62,930 bases of DNA, filler included, from Octopus bimaculoides (GCF_001194135.2; 5 parts of 5 records of this genome joined end to end with filler, not necessarily neighbours in it); one strand, 5' to 3'; shown: positions 22,970-37,064, counted from the whole stretch's first letter. The notes: generated by a model from the letters alone, not told the origin. Made by a program: numbers and translations.

Positions 22970-23320
22970 ACTCTAGGCACATGGCTCGAAATTTTGTAGG
23001 AGGGAGCCAGTTGATTAGATCGATCCCAGTACCCAACTGGTACTTAATTTATCGAAAGGATGAAAGAGAAAGTCGACCTCGGCGGAATTTGAACTCAGAA
23101 CATAAGGACAGGCGAAATACCACTAAGCATTTCGCCTGGCGTGCAAACATTTCTTTACTGCCCACAAGGGGCTAAACACAGGGAGGAGAAACAAGGACAG
23201 ACAAACGGATTAAGTCGATTATATCGACCCCAATGCGTAACTGGTACTTATTTAATCGACCCCGAAAGGATGAAAGGCAAAGTCGACCTCGGCGGAATTT
23301 GAACTCGGAACGCAAAGAGC
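22970..23320 (-). mobile_element. SINE family A dimer
   Basis: Same junction type as at 19880, here at about 23155. Confidence 0.85.
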
Positions 23321-23694
23321 CAAAACAAATGCTAAAATGTATCTGATATACCAACTCGCTGAGCAGTACATTTAAAATTTTTTTTATCACCAACCCCGAC
23401 GAGATGACAGGCAAATTCGATTTCAGTAGGATTTGAACCCTGATCGCAAACTCGGAAAAAATACTAGGAGGTCTATTTATTGGATGCGCTAACAATTCAG
23501 CCAATTCACTAAATGAGTTCACCTGACACTCAGCAACATTTTCTTCAGCCGAAACCAAACACATTTCTCTCCTTCGTCACAGTACATCGCAACAGTCAGC
23601 CAAATTGTATAGTTCTTGCATTCAAAGACATCTTACTGCGTATCTGAATATTCCAAGGATCTGTAACTGTATGTCGTTAGAACCACGTTCACGT

Positions 23695-24066
23695 TATTAT
23701 TGCCTCCGTCTTCGCTAAGGTGGAGGGATTGTTTTCAGTCGCGTTTGTTTGTTTGTTTGTTTGTTTGTTTGTTTGCTCGTGAACAAGATGTCTTAAGAAC
23801 CCCTGGATGGATTCAGATGAAACTTTCAGGGATGTTTGGCCTCGTGACTGGCACGAACTGATTAGAGTTTGGGATCGATCTGGATTATTTTTCCGGGTTT
23901 TTACTTAATTTTTAGAGAGCGGTCGGGTTCATTTTGAGTATTCTCGTTTGTGAGATCAGTCGAGTTGATTTCAGATATTTTCATTTTAAAAACCATCACT
24001 GATTAATCGTTGAGAGGACATTGGTGTTGCTTTGGCGGTGGTTTGCACTCTCTGAGTGCTCTTGTT
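23695..24066 (+). mobile_element. Non-autonomous Helentron-type element (HINE/DINE-1-like)
   Basis: 5' hairpin cctccgtc..ggtggagg, (GTTT)n, 3' subterminal repeat ttggcggtgg and stem-loop gcactc-tct-gagtgc, T-rich flanks. Confidence 0.72.
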
Positions 24067-24087
24067 ATTATTATCTTTTTTTCTTTT

Positions 24088-24290
24088 CCGGCGAGATGGC
24101 AGAATTATTAGCGCGTCGAACAAAATGCTTAGTAGCATTTCTTCCAGTTCTTTTAGGTTCTGAGTTCATAACCTGCCGAGGTTCAACTTTGCTTTTCAAG
24201 CCTTCGGTGTTCGTTAAATAAGTACCAGTCAAGTAATGAGGTTCAATGTAATCGACCTGTCCTCTCCCTTCAAATTTGCTGGCCTTAAAC
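24088..24290 (+). mobile_element. SINE family A, degenerate
   Basis: Head and core recognisable. Confidence 0.75.
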
Positions 24291-24863
24291 CCAGCAACGA
24301 ACCAGTGTCCTGTTCATGTAGGGATTGTCGTGACCTCGGTTACTTACACGCCATGGAAAACGGGTAACTGGCTTCACGTGTTTTGAAACTCAAGAAATAT
24401 AACAAAACAAAAATTCCAGTTCTCAGCTATTTCATAACCTGCTTCCATCATCCATCCCAAATGATAGATGCTAGCTTCCATAGTGTTCATAGAGATTGAT
24501 TGTTGGTTGTTTCTATCTTGTTTGTAGCGTCCGCACTTTTTTCTTCGATACCAAGCGGCTGTAGTCAGATATTCGGTCTAATATAGGATGTTTTTCATCT
24601 ATTTGCTTCCGGTAATGCTTCGTTATACAATCTGACAATCTTCTAATTGCCCGCGGCGCTTTCCAGAATATAAAGGCTGTCAGAGAATAATTATCAAAGA
24701 CAGTTTGAAATTAACTCGCAGGACGAATTAAATCATGGATTTCGCGGCATAACAAATATTTAATACAGAAAGGTAAAATAAAGAACAGAAGAGTTACCTC
24801 CCTTAGTCTTTCACACCCACACAATTTCTTTGCCTAGATTTCATTAGGTTCAATATACTAATA

Positions 24864-24869
24864 TCTTCT

Positions 24870-24906
<37 letters not shown>

Positions 24907-24911
24907 TTGTT

Positions 24912-24968
<57 letters not shown>

Positions 24969-25405
24969 TTATCTATACCCATGTATGTATGTATCGATAC
25001 ACAAGGTATGATTAATCACCTCATCTGCATACTNNNNNNNNNNNNNNNNNNNNNNNNNNNNNNTATATATATATATATAGGTATAATTAATATATATGTA
25101 TATGTATACACACACACACACATTTGTGTAACATGTATGCATGTGTGTATATATATATATATATATGTACAAGTGCGTTCACGTGCCCGTACGTGTGTTT
25201 GTGTTCACGCATGCAAGCGTGCGCGCGCGCGTGTCTGTGTGTCTGTGTGTCTGTGTGTGCATGCTATAGAATGAAATTTAAGATTATGGTGTTGAATATA
25301 TATATATATGAGATTTCAAGCAACATTGTGTATCATTTAAACTTATTTAAATACACAAGAAAGTCTTAAACAACAGTTATTTTTCCTGTCTATTTCAACA
25401 TATCA

Positions 25406-25467
<62 letters not shown>

Positions 25468-25495
25468 AGTGTGCCTGTCTGTTTATCTATCTATT

Positions 25496-25569
<74 letters not shown>

Positions 25570-25680
25570 CATCTATCTATTTCTGTCTATCTGTCTATCT
25601 GTCTATCTATCTGTCTGTCTATCTGTTTCTGCCTGCCTGTCTGTCTGTCCGTCCGCCTATCTACCTGTCTGTCTGCTTGC

Positions 25681-25748
<68 letters not shown>

Positions 25749-25751
25749 TTC

Positions 25752-25797
<46 letters not shown>

Positions 25798-25810
25798 TGT
25801 ATGCGTGAGT
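24864..25810. repeat. (TCTA)n, (TCTG)n, (TC)n, (TA)n and (TATG)n microsatellite cluster
   Basis: Direct reading. Confidence 0.95.
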
Positions 25811-26549
25811 GTATTTAGGAGATGTATTTGTATTATTCTAACATAAAACAACAACCATCGTCACCACCTCCATCACCATCACCACCTCCGTCAGCATCAC
25901 CGTCATCATCACTAGGCATCACACCCCACTACAGCCTACACTTTATTTCCTTTCACCGTCTTCCATAACCACCTCCACTACCCATTATATATCACCCATT
26001 ATATCCACCAGCAACGTTACTACATTCTCTCTCAAAACCTGCCTCTACGTGCTAGAAACAACAACCAAATATCCTCTAAACTACAGCTTACCGTACAGAA
26101 AAAAAAAATGGCACTTTGGATAAAGCAGCTTTGGGCAGACTATTCATACAAATTAAACTGGATGATTGTATTCTGAAGGTCTTTGACTGAGACGGATCTA
26201 GAGCTTGAACTACAAACAAGCAAGCAAGATACTGGGAGAAGTTCTATATGATCGCTCGGTCTGCTAGATATAGCAGCTAAATGTCCTTCAAATTACAACC
26301 CACCGTTTTGTAGAAGAAGATAAAACACATTGGAATAACGTAGTCGTAGATACATTGAGCAAATAACTGTTTGGTCATGACTGGAGCACTTTTGATAATG
26401 TGGTTGTCTCTCAGGGCTAAATAACAACCTAACGACTACCTATCATCATCACTATCGTAATTACTAGGAACAGCATCACCGCCATCATTATCACATACGT
26501 CATCATCTCCACCACCACCACCACCACCACCACCACTATTAGCATTTTC

Positions 26550-27917
26550 TACTAAAGGGTGAGAGCTGAGGAGATGGATAATGAGAGAGTGAAAGAGAGA
26601 GCGAGAGATAGTTTGACTGGTAGATAGAGAGAGAGAGGTAAAGAGAGATAGAGAGAGCTAAAGAGAGAAAGAGAAGGAGAGAGAAAGCAGTGGCAAATTG
26701 ACATAAACATGCATGGAAGAGAGAGGGACCGAAAGAAAGACTGAGTGAAAGTGAGGGTGAGAGAGAGAAGTGGCAAGTCGACATAGACATACTCAGGAAA
26801 GAGGGAGGGTAAGAATGGAAGGAGAAATAAAAGGAGAGAGAGAATAGGAGGTGGAGGGGAAACTAAGACAGAGAGAAAGTGTGAGAGAGGGAGAGAGAGA
26901 GGCGAGGAAGGGGGAGAAAAGAGAGAGTAATGCAGAAAGAAAAAGAGAGAATTTTAAAACAAGCAGACGACTATAATAGTAGAACGAGAGTGAGTGAACG
27001 AAGGAAAGAGAGAGTGACGGAAAGAGAGTGGGGAGAGAGGAGAGAGAGGGGAGAGAGGGGAGAGAGGGGAAGGGTTAGATTGAGAGAGAAAGAGAGAACA
27101 AATGAGTGAGAAAAAGAAGGAGGGAGAGATGGAAAGAGAGAGGAGAGAGAGGGAAAGAAGGAGAGAAGGAGGAAGGGCTAGATTGAGGGAGAAAGAGAGA
27201 ATAAATGAGAGAGAAAAAGAAGGAGGGAGAGAAAGAGAAAAAAAGGAATTGAATAAGTGAGTGAGTAATTGATTGATTGATTGATTGAGTGTTTGAGTGA
27301 GTGAGTGAGTGAGTGAAAAGGGAACAAACAGATAGAGAAAGAGGCAGAAGTCGTAGTAGGAGCAGGAGGAGAACGAAAAGTAAGGGTAGGGCTGGCAAGC
27401 AAACAAAAGCAGACGATCACATGAGAGGGAAAGAGAGAGGGAGAGAGAAAGAGAGAGAGAAAGAAGAAGAGAAAAGGAGACAGAGGGGGAGAGAAAAAGA
27501 GAAAGAAAGGGAAAATAAAGAAAGAGAGAGACTCACACACGCTGACGTGCGTGCCGGCATGGCTGAGTGGTTAAAGAGTCCGTTTTACAACTACTTGGTT
27601 TCTGGTTCGATTTCCATGACCGCGTGTCGACCGAAGTTTCTTGCGTGAAATTTAATAAGTAAAGACTGTACGGAATCCTGTCAGCGGAACCATTTCTGTT
27701 TTTATACCATTTTTTTTTTAATTGTAGACTTTTATCCGTAACTGGTCTGTAAGTGTCTTTCGTGGGAGTGCATCCCGATGCAATCATCCGAGACAGGTCT
27801 CCGGTGTAAACGTAACCTCTCTCGTTTCTTCCATTAATGTTGGAGGCCCCTGAAGAAAAAGTCATGGACATTGCCTTAGATTCCATGACTAGGCCCTTAA
27901 AGGAAATTGAGAAAGAA

Positions 27918-27953
<36 letters not shown>

Positions 27954-29137
27954 NNNNNNNNNNNNNNNNNNNNNNNNNNNNNNNNNNNNNNNNNNNAAGA
28001 GACAAAGAAAAGACCAAAGCGAGGAAAAATTAGTGAAGGAAAAGTAATTTGTGGAGAAAAGAAAGGCTAATAAGTAATAGAGAGACCTCTGTGTGTGTGT
28101 GGGAGAGAGAGAGTTTATGAGAGAGGGAGAATGTATGTGTGTATGAGAGAGAGAGAGAGAGCGAGAGAGTGTATCTGCGTGAGCGTATGAGATAGAGAGA
28201 GGGTGTGTGAGAGAGAGTGAATGGGTGTGAAAGAGTGTGAGTGTGAGAGAGTGTGTGTGTGTGATAGTGAATGGGTGTGAAAGAGTATGAGTGTGAGAGA
28301 GAGTGAATGGGTGTGAAAGAGTGTGAGTGTGAGAGAGTGTGTGAGAGAGAGTGGATGGGTGTGAAAGAGTGTGAGTGTGAGAGAGTGAATGGGTGTGAAA
28401 GAGTGTGAGTGTGAGAGAGTGTGTGTGTGTGAGAGTGAATGGGTGTGAAAGAGTGTGAGTGTGAGAGAGTGTGTGTGTGTGAGAGTGAATGGGTGTGAAA
28501 GAGGGTGAGTGTGAGAGAGTGTGTGTGTGAGAGAGTGAATGGGTGTGAAAGAGGGTGAATGTGAGAGAGCGTGTGTGTGAGAGAGTGAATGGGTGTGAAA
28601 GAGGGTGAGTGTGAGAGAGCGTGTGTGTGAGATAGTGAGCGTATGCGAGTTAGAGAGAGAGGGGAAAAGAATGTGTGGGCATGAGAAAGAGAGAGAGAGA
28701 GAGAGAGAGAGAAAGAAAGAGAGAGAGTGTGTGGTCATGAGAAAGAGAGAAAGAGCGAACGTGTGAGAGTGAAAAGGGAGAGAGTGTGAGTTTGAGAAAG
28801 ACAGAGTTGATAAGCAATTATACAGAAGCAGACGATAACTGGAAGAAGAAGGAGAAGAGAAAGAATGAAAGAAAATGCGAGAGACAGAGAGAGAGAGTGG
28901 GGGAGGAATGAGAAAGATTAAACAGTGAGGATAACAAGAAATAGAAGAAAAGAAAGAACAAGGTAACTGTTCGATGAAATTGATAAAGTCGTAGGAGTAG
29001 GAGGGGGAATAAAAAAGAAGCAGAAAGAGAGGACGGATAGAGAGAGGAGAAGGGAGAGAAAGAAGAGAAAGATAGATATAGTGTATGAGAGAGAGAGAGA
29101 GAGAGAGGGAGGGAGGGAGCGAAAGTAAAAAGCAATA

Positions 29138-29175
<38 letters not shown>

Positions 29176-29350
29176 CCGCGCGAGTGTGTGCGCATGACAG
29201 TGAGAGAAAGAGAGAGTAAAAGAAATGTGTGCGTGTGTGTGTATATGTTCGTGTGGGTGTGTGGGGGAGTCCATGACAGAGAGGAAGGAAGAGACAAAGA
29301 AAGAGAGAGAGAGAGAGAGAAAGAGAAGAGAAAAGAAAAGAGGAAAAACT
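26550..29350. repeat. Mostly purine-rich (GA) low-complexity domain with internal duplications
   Basis: Direct reading. 27065-27140 resembles 27170-27240. Confidence 0.85.
28200..28640 (+). repeat. Variable minisatellite, unit about 34-50 bp (gagagtgaatgggtgtgaaagagtgtgagtgt...)
   Basis: Repeated gaatgggtgtgaaagag core. Confidence 0.9.
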
Positions 29351-30104
29351 AGAAGTAACAAGAAGAAACGATTAAAGGGAAATAACTCTAGTGTGCTTCT
29401 ATTGATTTATTGATTTTCTTATTTAATTGTTGCGGATTTGTACATTTTACTGCAAAGCCAGCACCCTCTTATCTGCAGCAGCAATAGCAGTAGCAGCAGC
29501 AGCAGCAGTAGCAGTAGTAGTAGTAGTTGCAGTTGTTGTATCCATGGTAGTAATAGAAGCGGGAATAGCAATAGTAAAATAGTGTTTTTGTTGTTTTTGC
29601 TTTTCTAGCCAAAGGCAGGCTCAGAACCAGACTTATGATCAAAGGGATTGCAGCCGTGACCTTACCATAACTTCAGCATGTATCTAAGCAAAGTGTCGTT
29701 CTTTTTTTCTAAGATGAAAAGGTATGTCCTGAGGGGGATTTGGCTGGTATTTCTAGCTCTATACCACAATTAATAGTGTATATGCACGAACATATGTATG
29801 TGTGTACATTATATATATGTGTTGTATACATGTATGTGTGTCTATGTATGTATATACATTTACATTTACGTATATATATATATATATACATGCAAACACA
29901 TGTACGTATACGATGAGCTAACGCACAGTTTCCACTTACCAAATTACATACACGAGGTGTTGTTCAACAATAAGCTACTGTACAAGACAAAACTCTTCGA
30001 TCTTCACATCTCTCTATCACAAGAACTTCCGTCTCTTCATCCATGAACAACACACACACACACACACGCACACACACACACAAACACACACACACATAAG
30101 TAAG

Positions 30105-30478
30105 TTGTTGGCACTCCGTCGCTTACGACGTCGAGGGTTCCAGTTGATCCGATCAACGGAACAGCCTGCTCGTGAAATTAACGTGCAAGTGGCTGAGCAC
30201 TCCACAGACACGTGTACCCTTAACGTAGTTCTCGGGGGATATTCAGCGTGACACAGTGTGCGACAAGGCTGACCCTTTGAATTACAGGTACAACAGAAAC
30301 AGGAAGAAAGAATGAGAGAAAGTTGTGGTGGAAGAGTACAGCAGAGTTGGCCACCATCCCCTGCCGGAGCCTTGTGGAGCTTTAGGTGTTTTCGCTCAAT
30401 AAACACTCACAACGCCCGGTCTGGGAATCGAAACCGTGAGTCCGCTGCCCTAACCATTGGGCCATTGCGCCTCCACTA
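30105..30478 (-). mobile_element. SINE family C
   Basis: Matches 20648-21035. Confidence 0.92.
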
Positions 30479-30547
30479 CTTAAGTAAGTTAGTAAGTAAA
30501 TATTTCATACATTCATATTGGCTTCAATTTTTTTTGGTGGGGTGGGG

Positions 30548-30745
30548 GTACAAGGCCAGAAAGTTTGATGGTGGGGTAAATCGATTACTTTGATGCCAAT
30601 CTTCAACTAATACTTGTTTTATCGATTCCAGAAGGACGAAAGGCAAAGTCGACTAAGGCGGAATTTGAACTCTGACGTAAAGACGGACGAAATACCGTCA
30701 AGCATTTTTCCCGGTGTGCTAACCATTCTGCTAGCTCGCCGCCTT
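30548..30745 (-). mobile_element. SINE family A
   Basis: Head and core. Confidence 0.8.
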
Positions 30746-31142
30746 ATTTCATGCATTCATATTAATGCACGTACGCGCATGGATGTGAAGACGAGAAGTT
30801 TGCTTCCAAGTCATGAGGTTTGGGGTTCAATCCCTCTGCGTTGCACTGGAAAGTGTCTTCGGTTATAACTCCGAGCCTTGTGAGTGGATTTGGTTGATGG
30901 AAACTGAAAGAAACCCATCGTATGTATGTATGTATGTATGTATGTATGTCATTATTCAGTTTATTTCAAGATTTCTTGCCAATAGAGAAAGAGCCGGTTT
31001 CTTCATTGGAATTTCAACATCAAGAATAAGGTATTTTTGTTTGTTTGCAAGTATGTATGTATGGATGGATGGATGGATTGATGGATGGATGGATGGATGG
31101 ATGTACGAGAAGTCTATGTAAAAATTTAGAGCCTAACCTAGA

Positions 31143-32035
31143 AACGGGGCTGCTAAATAGTTGAAACAATTTTTTCTGGTAAGTACAGTCTTTTCGGAGT
31201 ATTCTTGCTCATTTTCATGATTCTGATATTTTAATTTTGTTGTTCTTGCAGATTTTTGAATAAACAAGTGACGAGGTTACAAGGAAAATGAAGAAAATGG
31301 AGAAGACTGAGTATCGTGCTGTTATAAAGTACCTTCATTTGAAAGGCATGACTCCATCAGAAATCCATGAAGATATAGTGAGAACCTTAACTAACAATGA
31401 TCCTTCAAATGCAACAGTCAAACGCTGCGTAAATGAATTTCAAGCGTGGCAGGAAGTGTGTGGAAGATGATTCCAGATCAGGGAGACCTCCAGCTGCAGC
31501 CACCGAGGACAACCTTGACCTTGCTTTTGGTATGATAATGCAAGATCACCAAATATCATGTCGTTAGATAGCCGAGAGACTGGGCATCTCAACTGAAAGA
31601 GCAGACAACATTGTGACAAAAGAACTTGGGTTCTCAAAGGTTTCTGCAAGGTGGGTCCCTCGCCTTTTGACTCCTGACCAGAAACGCACCAGGAGCACTT
31701 TGTCCACGAGCAATCTGGAACTGTTTGAAGCTGACGAAGATAATTTTCTTGCTCGTTTCATTACTATGGACAGAAGTTGGGTCCATCACTACCAACCTGA
31801 AACCAAAGAACAATCAAAGCAGTGGAAGCACACATCTTCTCCTACCCCAAAGAAGGCCAGGGTCATTCATTCAGCTGGCAAGGTCATGGCGTCAGTTTTT
31901 TTTCTTCTTTTATTTTAATTCTCAAGGTGTCTTGCTGATCGATTACCTTGAAAAGGGTCACACCGTGACAGGGTTGTATTATTCTCAGCTACTGAAACGC
32001 CTCCGAGAAGCAATCGAAGAAAAAAAGCCGGGAAT
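31143..32035 (+). mobile_element. Mariner transposon relic (frameshifted, 3'-truncated by a SINE B fragment)
   Basis: MEKTEYRAVIKYL..WVPRLLT..ITMDRSWVHHY..SAGKVMASVF..GVLLIDYLEKG. Confidence 0.93.
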
Positions 32036-32859
32036 GCACACCTTTACAATTTCCGCCAACCAAATCTGCTCACAAGGCTTTGATTGGTCTGAGGCTATAG
32101 CAGAAGACACTTTCCCAAAGTGCCACAGAGTAGGACTAAACCCAGATCCCTATGGTACAAAAGCAAGCTCCTTATCACATCGCCACGCCTGGTCACTTTT
32201 TAAAATAGCTTATTTAATGCGTTCTTTTTTTTTTTAAGATGGTAGAGTGAGGTTTGAGAGAACCCTGAGAAGTCGAACGACCATGTTGAAGGTCCATTGA
32301 TTACGGTAAAAGGGTTTGGCTGTGTCACAATCCTGACGTCGTTTCACTGTATTGCTGACTTAAATTTCAGCGAGTGGTGACAATGTTGATTTCCGGCTGT
32401 TGGTGAAGCAGACGCAGGTAGTGATGTCACAGTAACTGTAGTCATCTCACTATTCTTCGCCACGCATCCATTTCCAAGTAAGTTTACCTATACACACACG
32501 CGCGCGCGTACACAGACACTCCAAGCCACTCACTCATGTATGGATGTATGCATGTGTATATACACACACATACACACACACACATACATATATACACATA
32601 TACATAGATAGATATACCTCCCTACGTACGTACGTACCTACCTACCTACCTACCTACCTACCTATCTATCTATCAGTCTATCTGTGTATGTGTATGTGTA
32701 GTTTTAGAAAGGCGGCAGCTGATGAAGGAAATGTTCTCTATGTGGCCTGTGTGTTTTCTGTGCTCTGTTTATGTTCTGTTTTTCATTTTGTCCACGTTTT
32801 TTGTGACGTCCTGTACCCAGATATGCATCTATATATACATGTAGATACATTTCCTATCC

Positions 32860-33060
32860 CAGAAAATAAGCCGTTTGCAGCAGAGCTAAATCGCCGAACC
32901 ATCTCACTCACCTCTCATATCATTAGAGTATTTGGAGGTTTGGTGAGATCGACATCGAGGATAACTGATTTCGTGCAGAACAACTTTCTAAATCTCTGTG
33001 TGATTTTTAAGAGGTAGCAAAGGTTGCTTTTGATACAGCTTCTAAACCACATTCAGAACG
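32860..33060 (+). mobile_element. CR1/Jockey-like RT fragment
   Basis: NRRTISLTSHIIRVF resembles the NYRPISLTS motif. Confidence 0.6.
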
Positions 33061-33492
33061 NNNNNNNNNNNNNNNNNNNNNNNNNNNNNNNNNNNNNNNN
33101 NNNNTTAATTAATTAANNNNNNNNNNNNNNNNNNNNNNNNNNNNNNNNNNNNNNNNNNNNGCTGGAGAGACTTTGTGAGGAAACCAAGTTAGGAAGCATT
33201 CTCTTGAGATGTTTAAATAATGAGAACAGCTGGATCCGCATAAAGGTGCGCAGAAAGTGCATCAATAAACTGTAAGGCTTGTTATCCAACAACAAAAAAA
33301 AGGGAAAACTGAAACGGATGGAATGTTACACAGTCAATCGTAATGTTATTCTCTTGTTTTGGTGTATGCGCCTGCGTATTTGTGTTCGACACGAAGAGAA
33401 GGAAAAAATTATGGCCACTAAATGATTTTCATAATGAAGATGATGATGATGACTCGTATCTGTCTATGTATGTATGTATGTATGTATGTATG

Positions 33493-33528
<36 letters not shown>

Positions 33529-33589
33529 CATCTATATGTGTGTGTGTGTGTGTGTGTGTGTGATTATATATATGTATATATGTACATAT

Positions 33590-33752
33590 AGATGTAGGAG
33601 TGTCTGTGCGGCAAGTAGTTTGCTTACCAACCAAATTGCTCCGGGTTCAGTTCCACTGCGTGGCACCTTGGGCAAGTGTCTTCTACTATAGCCCCGGGTC
33701 AACCAAAGCCTTGTAAGTGGATTTGGTAGACGGAAACTGAAAGAAGCCCGTC
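33590..33752 (+). mobile_element. SINE family B 5' half (runs into gap)
   Basis: Head and core. Confidence 0.88.
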
Positions 33753-35046
33753 CTATATATGCATATATATATATATATATATATATATANNNNNNNNNNN
33801 NNNNNNNNNNNNNNNNNNNNNNNNNNNNNNNNNNNNNNNNNNNNNNNNNNNNNNNNNNNNNNNNNNNNNNNNNNNNNNNNNNNNNNNNNNNNNNNNNNNN
33901 NNNNNNNNNNNNNNNNNNNNNNNNNNNNNNNNNNNNNNNNNNNNNNNNNNNNNNNNNNNNNNNNNNNNNNNNNNNNNNNNNNNNNNNNNNNNNNNNNNNN
34001 NNNNNNNNNNNNNNNNNNNNNNNNNNNNNNNNNNNNNNNNNNNNNNNNNNNNNNNNNNNNNNNNNNNNNNNNNNNNNNNNNNNNNNNNNNNNNNNNNNNN
34101 NNNNNNNNNNNNNNNNNNNNNNNNNNNNNNNNNNNNNNNNNNNNNNNNNNNNNNNNNNNNNNNNNNNNNNNNNNNNNNNNNNNNNNNNNNNNNNNNNNNN
34201 NNNNNNNNNNNNNNNNNNNNNNNNNNNNNNNNNNNNNNNNNNNNNNNNNNNNNNNNNNNNNNNNNNNNNNNNNNNNNNNNNNNNNNNNNNNNNNNNNNNN
34301 NNNNNNNNNNNNNNNNNNNNNNNNNNNNNNNNNNNNNNNNNNNNNNNNNNNNNNNNNNNNNNNNNNNNNNNNNNNNNNNNNNNNNNNNNNNNNNNNNNNN
34401 NNNNNNNNNNNNNNNNNNNNNNNNNNNNNNNNNNNNNNNNNNNNNNNNNNNNNNNTATATATATATAAATCGGCGTGTTTGATATAATGATTTCATTTTA
34501 CTTTCGCAGTTTCCCACTCAAGACAAACAGCCACGCTTAATCGAATCAATAATCACTACCTGCAACACAAACCCCAACACCAAGCATTACTCATCAGCGC
34601 CATCTTCGATACAAACCCCTACGCACGACACGGTCACAAAAACAACAACGACAACAGCAACAATGTCGACGACAACGTCTCATTTGCTCTGCACGCGTTT
34701 CCTTTATTATTGCTGTATGATCTTTGAACACGTTCGTTTCAACTTTATGACTAACACATGATTATATGTGAAGCAAAAATCCAGGCCTAAAATCCGATAA
34801 TTGACAATACAGCTTAGATATCACAATGTAAGTGAAAAGTCTGCGAAGGATGTTAAAATTTGAATGGGAGCCAAATAAAACTTTCACTGTTTCTGCCAGA
34901 TGTTAATATCTTTCCTATTGTATAAGAATAAAGAGGTCTTGGGAAAGTATTAATTGGAAATGGCTTGGATTAATGTTAGCAGAAGATGACAACAATTCAA
35001 CTGACACTGAGATACTATATTCTTGCGTAAAAATCAATAACCATGT

Positions 35047-35079
<33 letters not shown>

Positions 35080-35121
35080 CATACCTATACGCACGTACAC
35101 TCACATCCACACACATGGCCA

Positions 35122-35201
<80 letters not shown>

Positions 35202-35468
35202 TTTGTATGTAGTTATGCTTATTTAACTGCTTACATGTTTAATATATATAAATAAAATATATAGATAGATGCATACATACATACATACATGTATACATAT
35301 ATATACATACATACATACATACATATATATATATATACATTTGAGAGACATGCAAGACATGGATGCGGNNNNNNNNNNNNNNNNNNNNNNNNNNNNNNNN
35401 NNNNNNNNNNNNTTAATTAATTAANNNNNNNNNNNNNNNNNNNNNNNNNNNNNNNNNNNNNNNNNNNN

Positions 35469-35539
<71 letters not shown>

Positions 35540-36503
35540 GCATGCATGCATGTATGTATGTACGTATGTATGTATGTATGTATATTACGCATTCCGATTT
35601 CTGTTTTTTAAAATATTGCAGCATTAGTGTATGTAATCTGCACACACAATAACTGCGAGCGAACGTGCAAGCATATATAAATGCATATACACTCATTCCC
35701 AGCGACACGCACACATATGTTTATACAAATGTTCCTATACATATACAGTGTTTGAACGTATATATGTGTAATATTATTAATAACTCTGTAAGTGTATATG
35801 TGTGCGTGTGTTTATATGTGTTGTATGTATGCGTATGTATGTTTGTGTATGTATGTGCATGTATGTATCTATGTATGTATGTATGCACACACTCACAAAT
35901 GAAAAAATCTCCTAGCATTGAATTTTCTTTCGTTTATACTCTACGGATATTTACATGTTTCCACATGTATACCCAGTAAGAGAGAAAGTTTAGAAAGCAC
36001 ACAATAAGCTAATTACATATATATATATATATATATATATANNNNNNNNNNNNNNNNNNNNNNNNNNNNNNNNNNNNNNNNNNNNNNNNNNNNNNNNNNN
36101 NNNNNNNNNNNNNNNNNNNNNNNNNNNNNNNNNNNNNNNNNNNNNNNNNNNNNNNNNNNNNNNNNNNNNNNNNNNNNNNNNNNNNNNNNNNNNNNNNNNN
36201 NNNNNNNNNNNNNNNNNNNNNNNNNNNNNNNNNNNNNNNNNNNNNNNNNNNNNNNNNNNNNNNNNNNNNNNNNNNNNNNNNNNNNNNNNNNNNNNNNNNN
36301 NNNNNNNNNNNNNNNNNNNNNNNNNNNNNNNNNNNNNNNNNNNNNNNNNNNNNNNNNNNNNNNNNNNNNNNNNNNNNATATATATATATATATATATGTA
36401 CAATATATATTTGAGCATGAATATATATGTGTGTACGCACACATACATACATATATTTATATATATCTTTATCTATTTATTTGTCTGTCTATCTATCTAT
36501 CTA

Positions 36504-36541
<38 letters not shown>

Positions 36542-37064
36542 GCACATACATGTACACGCATACATGATATTAATGTTTGATTTTAACTCCATTTGTAATA
36601 AAAACAATTTTACGTTATCTAATAGATTGCTGTATTCTTTTGTAGGGCACAAATATATCATTCTTAAAGAAGAATGAGGTTGACAGTGATTTCGAAGTTT
36701 CGGCCTGCTAACCCATCGTCGGAGTATACATACAATGTTTATGCGCGTTCAATTCATCTAAATTTGACTCGATTCCCTCAGTTTCGTGTTCATGTGTCGT
36801 GATAATCCGCAAATTGTCATGTAATAAAAACACGTAACCAGTTGCTGAGTTCAATATCAAAAGATTACATTCGGACCACGTATAATATATTTTTATATGA
36901 CACATGTGGATATCTGCGTAAGTTAAGAAGCAGTGACAAGCGAAAATTTTGTAAATATGTTTTCACCGTATATTGACTATAAAATATAGCCTAATATTGG
37001 GGTTTATAAATGCCCAACGGAAAAAGAAATGGACAACATTTTATAACTGTTACAATATGTATAT

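Noticed and set aside
23520-23680. Cys-containing minus-strand reading (VFECKNYTIW..YCDEGEKC)
   Set aside because: Stops in all frames and no coherent splice sites.
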